From assembly GCA_023515725.1 (NCBI GenBank), contig JALDTO010000266.1, forward strand, positions 1,633,608-1,697,607: a stretch of DNA of 64,000 nt. The letters run 5' to 3'. The position numbers and the translations under genes are program-made. The DNA comes from Amoeboaphelidium protococcarum X5. Lineage: Eukaryota; Fungi; Aphelidiomycota. Below are positions 51,111-61,022 of this stretch, in pieces. Position 1 is the first letter of the stretch. Every line of letters begins with the position of its first letter. The notes beneath the pieces were generated by a model. That model worked only from the letters and a program-made list of their open reading frames with translations. It ran no database searches and was not told where the DNA came from.

Positions 51111-53720
51111 TCACTCAGTGTCTGTACATTTCTAGTCATATTGTGATTTATCACTGCTTGGATCATTATACTTGGAACTGATATCATTTGGGATACATTT
51201 CTACTATTCCTTCTCAGTAGACTTTACTTGGCTCTTAACAAAGCCTAAATGAGCAGCATAAATGGATCCCAGATCAATACTTGCGCGTTATTACCGCAGA
51301 ATAGAGTCAAGTCGTTGGGTGCTAAAGCCATCATGTCCATCTCCATTTCCAGAAATGTCGGAAACTATATCAGGTTGCATTTGCTTAATGTTAATCACAA
51401 CTGGTGCCACTTAAGGAAATGGTAAAGATGCTAGTTCTTGAATTGGCATCTGCTAGCGGATCCAGGAGAGAGTGGTTGATCTCAACTCGGGTAAGCATTC
51501 TTTCCACAGCACTCCCATTTCATCAGTGCCATTTAAGGATAGAGCCAATTAGCACTACGGACTGAATTCAATTTAAAGCCGAACGACATTCCAGCAATAA
51601 ATGACAAATCCTTTATTTCCTTTATTTTACTTTACCAAACTGATGCTCTTCTTTATAAAATCCGATTTTATCATTAATTCATTAATCCAAGGATCATTGT
51701 TAAATGTCCTTATTAGCAAAACCATAATCTGTGTGAAGATGAATTAAAATATCGAGTGATGAGCGAGTCGAATGAATAGATACAACAACTTGGCCCAAAA
51801 TTTTAACGGAATCTAAAGCACAGACTACCGGGACTCTTCTGAATTAGATACAGCACTTTTAAGTACTTCAAACAGAACGTACATGAGATTAACTAGGTGT
51901 GATGGAACTCGCCCTTTCACCGTATGACTCGCAACTTTAATGCTAGTCTTTCCAAGATGCAAGTACTCTAAATACAAATCAATAACATTCACCACTTAGC
52001 TCAATTTGGTGACTAGGTGTCGATTAGTTGAAAGTGACAAATCAGCTAGACAGGAGGGATCATCATTTACTGGAGTTCCAGAATTACTATTGTTGGCTCC
52101 GAGTGGCTTTACAAGTTTAAGAGAGCTCTTTACACTGAATTGATACAAAACTTTCATGAGGCAATTGGCAAGCATTATAGATAAATCATTAGACACTGAA
52201 TCTTGCAATTATTAACCAGATCTCCAGGAAATACATGTAGAGAGTAATGATTCAATCCTAGATAATGTCAGATCTAGCACTGAAGATGGATCTTGGCAAT
52301 AATCATAAAATAACATTATGGCTCCCTCCACCTCACGCCCCGACTCTATGAGATCAGATATAAAGTCGGCAGCGTATCTAATTGTAGACTGTAGAGCTGT
52401 ATCATTCCCAGGATCTAACAAGACAATTTTCCACAGAGATTCAACAAATCGGAAATTAGAAAGCACCCGAAATCTTTCCACCTATCGCTTTAAGCACTGC
52501 GGATCTTCATTGACATTTCCAAACGATTTAAACAATAATCTAATCAGAATCTATTCCACAGCCGAGTGACCCAGCCCCACCAACATCCTCATAATCAAAG
52601 GTATCTCCACGGCGGAATTACGAGGACTCACAAACTTGTTCATTACAAAATCCAATAATCTATTGCCATCACGTAGAATGACATAATCTATATATTTACA
52701 AAAATGATGATAATTCCCATCTGACTATTCATCAAATACATTGAACAGAGATGCTATAATTTCCCGAAATCTAACATCTAACAGCTTTACATTCTACGTA
52801 TTGGGAAAGTAAAATAGATCCACCGTATTGTAAGAGTACTTCTACACCCACATATCATTACTCGACTTTTTGCTGCTGTAACATACACGGCTGAGTCTTT
52901 CGGGTGAATGGAAGAGATCTTTATCCCAGAAAGTGTTGCAGTTTATAGAAGAATCGCTGTTAGTATAGTCAACTCTTGTAATAAAGGACATTAAACATTC
53001 TACAACGCCCTAAGTCTGCAGCAAATCCATCATCTAATCTGTAATACGAGGATTGGGGAGATCAAGCAATCTTTTTAACAACTCTTTCATCCTGATATTG
53101 TACATTTAATTAGCAACCTACTCAATACTGCCTCTACCAACACTCTGATTGTTAATGTGCTACTCCAATAACCGCCTAGTCTCACCATCTAATAGCTAAA
53201 GATCATCAGCACTACCCATATCACTATTGGATCCCTCATTAAAGCTACCAAGCGAAGTTCTGGCGATATCTTCAATCTAACCATCAGCTTTTTGTTATGA
53301 TACCAACTGAGTATTCTGATCAGCGAACCCCATTCGGAATAATTCATTCACATTCCATGTGCCCAAAGCAGATTGACCATTAGCAGATAAAGTGCCAGGA
53401 CCAGCAGAGAGCATTTAAGACCATAAAGTGTTCTCTTACCGACCATCAGTCTGATCATCATCTTTCACTATAACAGTGTCATCGTCAATTGTCTCCACCT
53501 CCATGTCATCACTAGAGTCTAATTATTGATTTGGCATCATCCTTTGTTCCATGCTAAGCTCATTATTGTCCTTATTTAAGACTGCATCTCCTCTAGGATC
53601 TTAAACGTTGGAAAGAGTAGCGGGTTATGAAGAGATGTCAGCTCCACCCGGACTTACAGACATCATCGTCTAGTCAGGAACAATGTCCTATCCATCTATC
53701 GATTCACCGCCAGTATCCAT
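51111..53720 (-). CDS. Large helical-repeat protein, possibly SAPS/PP6-regulatory-subunit-like (869 aa)
   Basis: Intronless TAR=Q ORF with an acidic disordered N-terminus; GNYHHFCKYI..LGHSAVEQILIRLL..KGFVIYCWNVVRL..IDLGSIYAAHLGF. Family assignment tentative. Confidence 0.6.
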
Positions 53721-53761
53721 TCCAATAATGACAAACCCAAGCAAGAAATATTCTTATTCTA

Positions 53762-53820
53762 AACTACTACTACTACTCTACTATATAATAATAATAATAA
53801 TAAACAAACAAACAAACAAA
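53762..53820. repeat. Compound microsatellite (CTA)n(TAA)n(AAAC)n
   Basis: Direct repeats just upstream of the 53720 start codon. Confidence 0.8.
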
Positions 53821-53945
53821 CTTTAGACCGCCCAAAGTATCAAATATACTTGAAAGGATGTTGAGGATAAAAAGGTGGACGGACAGGTCGGAACTGCGTT
53901 CTCAAGAGATTAAGGATGGTATTCAAATCTAAAAGTTAAGTCAAA

Positions 53946-54739
53946 ATGGAGTTGTTTCAAGTGTAAATTCCTGATACATTTACTATTTCTGTAATCATGG
54001 GAGTGTCTTCGCTATTCCATATCTGGTACATGTTTCATCTCGTGTTCTCATGCCTGACAGTGCGACCATCTATGAACATGCTGCAATGACTAATTGGCTT
54101 GATCTTGAATGAAGTTGTCAACTACGCGCGTAAACACATATACAAGCACCACGTCCAGACTTTCCATTCGCTGATTCTTCAGGTTGACGAGAATATTTTC
54201 GCTGTGGTTGTGAATGTTGCTTCCCATAGTTCTCCTCCATCATCGCTTTCGATGGGAGCCATGAAGAGACACGATGGATTTGGAATGCCTTCCAGTCATG
54301 CGCATTATATGGCATTCTGGCTTATGTTTGCTCTCTTGTAAATGAACTTTAGTGTTGGCATATTAAATCTAAAAGATGAGAATCGATCCACTATATCACG
54401 TACTAGTTTCGTGTGCAGTATACTTCGCGTGATGTTTTATGGAAGCATCAGTTTGTTGGTGTGCTATTCTCGGTAAGGCTTTATAGCTGTAGCAAAACAC
54501 TAACACTTAATCTGATTATTATGGTACAAACTTGGATATTAGTGTGTAGAGTATACTTGAATTACCATACATCTCTGTAAGTTTTGGCAGGTTTCCTCAT
54601 TGGGGTGTTTACATGCATTATCTACGTTCGACACTTGTCACAGTCTTTCTATATACCACTTTTGAATGTTGCAAACGAGTTAAGGCTGCACTTTTTAGAT
54701 CATTAAACGTTGACATTGACCGCCTTATGCAGGAGTTGA
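53946..54739 (+). pseudogene. DOLPP1: Dolichyl-pyrophosphate phosphatase (CWH8/DOLPP1, PAP2 family), apparently disrupted
   Basis: LNEVVNY..KH, GMPSSHAHYMAF and SRVYLNYHTSLQVLAG are present. There is an in-frame TGA at 54087 and the K..RP motif is out of frame near 54145. Confidence 0.75.
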
Positions 54740-55013
54740 TACTATGTGACTGAAATGAAAATCTGAATTTTATAATATTATAATATCCATCCTACTCCCA
54801 GGGCTGAGACTTAATAAAAACGCGTCTTAGCACAACAACATGTATGCCGTAATTTCAAAATCACGTTGTCTTCAATTGCTCTTTTTTACGACGCTTTCAG
54901 AAACCTGTTTACTGCCGTTTCACTAATTCCACTACAGTGATAAACTCAAAATCTTCTACTGCGTCAAGGCATTTCTTCATTTATACTACTGCTTATTTTT
55001 AATTACGTAATTA

Positions 55014-56477
55014 ATGCGTCTCATGTCCATGCCTTTATTCAATCAGAGTCTTGACGCGTCATTGCCATTAGAAGTTCGAGTGGTGCCAAGTGCTTACATT
55101 GAGGAAAATTCCTCTAGATCTGGATCAACCGTTGATATTCTTGACTATGTTGAAGATGATGCTGATGATAATTTGGAGCAGAATGTAAAAACTCCTTTGA
55201 AAGATCTAATTTAATCTCACTGTATTAAGCTCCATGATTTTATTGAAAAAGCTTCTGTTAAAGTGGTTTCGTGTGCGGACCGTCGTGACTAAGAGTAATA
55301 GACTCTTGTAATTGTTAATCCGCATGCATCCAAGTTAAAGTATGTTATATTTCATCCAGCGCTGTATAGAAATGTTCAACCGCTGGGCTGCCAGGATGAC
55401 GGGCTTGATATGTTGGCAGCTATGCTCAAGGTTTCTCGCTAGGTCTGGAATGATTGCTGGTTAATGGTCAAGGATAATTAAATGGTCTAATTGCATCTGA
55501 CAGTTCTACGCAGGGCTGATTCTGAAGCTAATATTAATAATGCTTTGTCAATGTTGGTAGGTGCGATAGCGGGTGTTCTTCAAGTTACGCCAAAGCCATC
55601 AGCAGAACGAAAAACTCGTATAGGGGGCATCATGGCCAAGCCTGAGTATGATTATCAATCTTGTATGGACGTTTGCTTCCAAGATTATAATTGTGATTCG
55701 TTGACGTTTTTTGGTACAGAATTGAAAAGTCGCACTGCATTTCCTGTCCATCAACATTGGTATCAAGATTCTAGGACTGCTCAGGTGTTTGCCGCTTTGT
55801 ACACTCTGCATGCTCCAATTTTTTTACTCAACTCGGAACGCTTTAAAATCTTTGTTGAAAATGATGCACAGAATGAAGTATTTACGTATCCATTTACAGA
55901 GGAGGATGGCGCTAATGCATCAGAGCCTATCGGTGAGCGATTGGTGAAGGCGCTCATCATCTGCTTATTAAGAAAGCCATCTGAGAGGTTGAAAGTATAG
56001 ATGTCGCGTATCCCAAAGGATGTTGCTGCAAATGTCCCTCAAACTCCGCTGAAGTAGTCATAGATTTTGAAATCTTCGAGGAAGCGATCTTTAAAGGCCA
56101 TTCCGGATAGCATTGATAAGGTAAAGTCAACTAAAAGAACGCGTCGAAATAATTAAGAGGACGATTTGGATGGTTATACTGGTGAATGCAGTGAAGATGA
56201 GCACGAAGATTTCTAGATTGTAGAGCTAATCACCCCACGTTTCAAGTGTGGTGAGGCAGAAGATGGAACTTTTTTATATCAAGAGGTGAGAGTGCAAGAG
56301 TTGGCTGAATTTATTGAACCAGCGACAAGCTCAGATGAGCAAGAGAATAATTCTTGTAATAATAGTGATGATGATTTTCCTGCTGGTATCGCGGCTGATG
56401 CGCTTAGTCGAGAAGAGTCTGCTCACGATCACTTCTAGACACATTACCTGCTGTCTTCAGATTGTGAAAGTTGTTGA
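55014..56477 (+). CDS. PD-(D/E)xK nuclease-like protein with a basic/acidic tail (487 aa)
   Basis: Continuous TAR=Q ORF; SEANINNAL..E..D..GTELKS..W...SR.AQVFAALY pattern, NLS-like RKRS and KRTRR. Confidence 0.6.
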
Positions 56478-56855
56478 AATGGTATCATTATTTATATATA
56501 GATTTAATTACTCTTTAAGTCGCGATGTTGTTAATTACTTTTCGTCAGGACTTCGAGGTCCAACAATGATGTCGTTGTGCCTAAACTCTAAAACGCCACC
56601 CATTGAGATTGTTGGTAAGTTCGAGGATGATCATGCGCGATCAACCCAAGCCGCTCACTCACTAACTCAATGTACAGTAAACCTTCCCTGGAGCACAGTG
56701 TGTTGGGCTTGTGTTCAGAGTGTAATCGATTATAAGCTACTACCGTTGTCTGCTTTATTTTGTAGAATTGAGCATCTGATCGCTTCTTTCACTTTTGAAC
56801 ATACCGTTGCCATAAATAACTGTCCCTGAACTAAATTAAAGCCAACATCATCATA

Positions 56856-58100
56856 ATGCTGTAAAATATAATAGACGCTCATAGAAAGTTGACTGATTGT
56901 GTCTTAAATCCTGACTGCTCAACATCGGAATGGTCGAATGCTGTTGGAGGTTGGCTCAAGATTGTTCAGCGGTGTCTCAAGACTGCAGATTTCGTTAGTC
57001 GCGCTGTATCATCTAATAATCAGTCATCATGCCTGGTGCACTGTGATGATGGCCTGGATGGTACTTGTATAGTAGTATCTCTTGCTAAACTGATAATGGA
57101 TCCCCAGTATAGAACTCTGCGTGGATTCCTAACAGTAATAGATCAAGACTGGATCCAGGAGGGGTTTCCGTTCTATGTCAAATCACCAGTCACTGGTAGC
57201 GGGAGATCACAGTAGACTTCTGCTAGATTTCTCACGTCTGGCACTGAAGCTGCCAAAGCATTTGGTGCTTAAATGATTTCTGATACAGCGACTGCATTTT
57301 CCACTTTCAAAAATTAGATCATGACTAATCCTCAGCCTGGATCTTTTGATGATTTATCGATATCCAAGTTGAGTATTGGATAGTAATAGTAACTATAATA
57401 GCCGTTATAAGTGAGATCTTCAAGTGGTTATTTGTAGTAATCTCTCCTTCAAGATGGATGCAGATTAGCCGTATTTACTCTATTTCTAGACTGTTGTCAT
57501 TAGATGTGGAATCAGTTCCCCACAGAGTTTGAGTTTAATTTAGAGTTGTTGCTGTTGCTCAATGATAGCGCGTCTGGTAATACTCCATTCAGCACCTTCT
57601 GGTATCCACATACCAACTAGCCGGAAGCGGATGATATATAGCTGTGGGACTTTATATCGCACCCTAAGCGACGATCATTATTTTTAAATCCGGTATATCA
57701 GCCAGTCGTGTAGTCCATGGATAAGTTCAAGTGTCCTCCTCTTCCAGTGTCAAGTCATTCAGCTATCCTCGTGTTTTGGAAGTAGATGTTTGATGCTCAG
57801 TACGATTTTACACCTGGAACTTATTAAAATGTTAAATTCATGCCCAATTTCTATGACATATAGTCTTAAGATTAAGGCGTAATATCATAAGTCACCAGTT
57901 CGATCCCCGCAGTGTTTGGTAATCACGAACAGAATTGGCGTATGAAGGAGCAGATTGACTTTTATAACACTTCCATAAAGTAGAAGAAGGAAGAATATAC
58001 TGCGAAGAAGAGATATCTCTAGGAATTACAGACCATACTAGATTAGCTACCACCACAATCATGTCAAGATTAATAGCAATCGCACCCTCTAGAGATTTGA
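56856..58100 (+). CDS. Myotubularin-related pseudophosphatase, N-terminally truncated (may be a pseudogene)
   Basis: [66 protein letters not shown]. In-frame TGA upstream at ~56769, so the N-terminal domains are absent. Confidence 0.75.
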
Positions 58101-58217
58101 TACGACTTGTATCGCTAAATATGGAGTACATTGTGTTATGAAAGAGAGAAACTATCAAGAGTCAATCTAAAATGATCAAGATGAATAATAAATACCACAT
58201 ACATGTATTAAACATTT

Positions 58218-60431
58218 TCAATCCTTCTTGAGACTAAAAGCAAAATCCCAAGTCTTCAACCACTTTCTAGCCAGGACAGCATCCTATGTCAATGGCCATC
58301 CATACGTGAATGGAGCGAAGTAGACAAATATAGAGGCAAAAGTTCCAATCAATATGATCAGAACGATACCTCTCGTGTTCGCATGACTATACTTGAAGAT
58401 AAAATCGTACGCATTAGCCACAGCCATGAAGGAGAAGATCAGAGCAGGCATATAATGATGCAAGAACAGCACTCTCCCCATGATGAAGAATGGAAAGTAG
58501 TGCAGTGCCCAGCCGAGCACAAAGAATCCACCAATAAACTGCAATCGTCTCCTTGTTTAGAAATCCAAGTCATCAATACCTCTTCTCAGAGCGATCAAAT
58601 CTATTACAATCAAAGCTGATACCAGAGCAACACCAAAAGATCCCAACCACCAAATAAAAGGATTACCGATCAAGTACACCTACTGGTCTGGTTCCTTCAC
58701 CCAGTACGATATTCCACGAGACAGAACCGGCCAACTGATGGGGAAACTCTAGAACGGATGAGAACTGACCAGAGCTGAATTCTCTCTCAGCATAACGCTC
58801 TGCTGCTCAAAAAATTTGCTCAAGAACGATGGTCCTTTGTTTTGCATAGCCTTTCTAGCCACAATATCATACGGGCCCTTCACGGCATCAACTATCCAAG
58901 CAGTAGTATCTTCATTGGAATTCTTATTACCATTCACCTCCTACTAACCGAAACCCCACTCTGGCAGCTTAGACTTGTAACTGTTGATTCCAACTTTAGT
59001 ATGAACATGAATCAATCTGAACTTTGTATCGATAGTACTCATATTCTTAGCCTGTTCATGAGCCTCAATAAACTCCAACTTGAACAGAGTCTCTTATCTT
59101 CTGGCTGCAAATGCTGCATCATTTAGATCGACACAAGTCACCTCCATATGTGTTTTAGTCAACGGACTGGCAACATCGTGAGTGAGCAAGTATTTACCAG
59201 TCGTAATATGTAATAGCTGAATAACGTCGCCATGTCTAACCATTCGAGGCTACTTCTTGCCCACGGTAACCTTTCCATCCTCTGGGATAATTCTCCAGTC
59301 GTTATTAGTATCATTATGGGGATATCCCGTCACCTACTGCCCGGCACTACTCACTCTACCATCGTCATATCGCAGCTGATAGTTATGCGCATGAGAATGT
59401 AAGTAAGCATTAGTCTGATAGTGGAGAATAGTGATGGTAGAATTATAATACACTGAACGACTGTCTTGATTGAATCTGTTATTCTCCAGCGTAGACTAAA
59501 ACTCTGCACTCATAAACGTATCACCAGGGCCAGACTTTGTTAATAAAGAAAAGTGAATAGCGAACCACAACAGGTAAACAGCAAATGGGACGGCTATAAA
59601 TCCAATCACTCTACCAGTGAAATGCTTAAAACATTCCCAGTCAGAGATACCACGTCTAATGTCAATGATACGCCATAGATCAATAATGGTGGACACACCG
59701 ACCAGTGCAACAATGAAAAGACCAACCATTTTGACTGAAGTCGTCAGAGAAATAGCCACACCTGATGCAAGCATCCACAGCCACCATTTGGCACTAAATG
59801 GGCAATGTCTCTACTGGTAAAACTTTATCCAGCAAAAGACGGAAAATATATCAAAGAAGATCATGAACGAGTCTAGCAAAATATATCTGCACTAAGTAGT
59901 GAGTCCAGTATCAAACAAAACCATCGAAGCACCGAGCATAGAGGCATGTAGAGAGTGACCAGTCTCCTACAAGATTTTGAATACCAGCGGTACCATGGCA
60001 GCTCCAAAGAAGGCGGGGAACGATCTCATAAATACAAAAGGGACATTGTACTCTGCATACACGTCACCAATCTTGTCAAAAAGATAACTTCCATCATATC
60101 CCTTCAGCCAGCCACTCAATGCGACGATCAACTTTCCCAGTGGAGGGTGAACATCGAAAAAGAATGTGCCACGCAGATAGTAGGACGCAAACTTTCCAAA
60201 GTGAACTTCATCAAACACTACCTGGTCAGGATAATTGAGATTATAAAATCTAGTGAGAACAGCAAGCGCGGTCAGCAATAGTAATGTTGCACTAACATAG
60301 ACATTCTTCTAAGGTGAGGCGAATGCATACTTGCCAACGTTGACTTTCTCCTCCCCTGTTGACGCAATCGACCTCTTCGGTGAGGTTGGAGACTTGCTAG
60401 AATTTCTCTGAGTAGGAACAGTCAATGGCAT
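58218..60431 (-). CDS. PMT4: Dolichyl-phosphate-mannose protein O-mannosyltransferase, PMT4 subfamily (737 aa)
   Basis: VVFDEVHFGKFASYY..FFDVHPPLGKL..SGPGDTFMSAEFQ..LHSH..LRYDDGRVSSAGQ(TAG=Q)VTGY..HYFPFFIMGRVLFLHHYMPA. Confidence 0.96.
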
Positions 60432-60572
60432 ATCTTACTACAATAATAAGAATATTAAGATAAATCCCTACTCCTAATTCAATACAAAGCGCACTAAGAG
60501 AGTGTATACACACAAGTACTCAAACAAGAAACGATTGGCGAGGTTGAAAGATAGAGAGAGAAACAGCGATAA

Positions 60573-60597
60573 AGAGAGAGAAAGAGAGAGAGAGAGA
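60573..60597. repeat. (GA)n-rich tract in the PMT4/meckelin divergent promoter
   Basis: Direct repeats visible in the sequence. Confidence 0.8.
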
Positions 60598-61022
60598 AAC
60601 GGCGGAAAATGCAAAAGCGAATTTTGCGCGCGATCTGAAGAAACTAGCCGTTTAGCAGGGATTGGCAAAGGTGCCGTGGCATGGAAGTTATCCATTATTT
60701 GGCCCAATATAGAATACTTGATCGAGCAGCAGATCTACTTGTCAGCCGTAATTCAAGTCAAGTTACGAGCTACAGTAGCAGTCGCGAGTTATAGTGATCA
60801 CCGAACAAGACTCCGCGGTATCTCATTGTCAATACACGCGCGAGTGTATTTGTTTCAGAGCAACAGAACTTGAAACACAACGGTCTAAATTGAATTTACG
60901 ATTCTTGAAACAATTCCTTGTGAAATCATCACATTCCACACGATTTTATAAAACAGACAATTCTGTACAGTAGTAAAGGCTCTATAAATACTTCAGCGGA
61001 AGTAGAGTCTATTTTAGTAGAT

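Noticed and set aside
54087-54089. In-frame TGA in DOLPP1 (and in Tc1) as selenocysteine or readthrough
   Set aside because: Both are accompanied by frameshifts and are not at catalytic Cys positions, so decay is the simpler explanation.
57860-57915. GTTCGATCCC T-loop-like motif suggesting a tRNA (possible suppressor tRNA-Gln)
   Set aside because: No acceptor, D or anticodon stems could be formed, and it lies inside the myotubularin reading frame.
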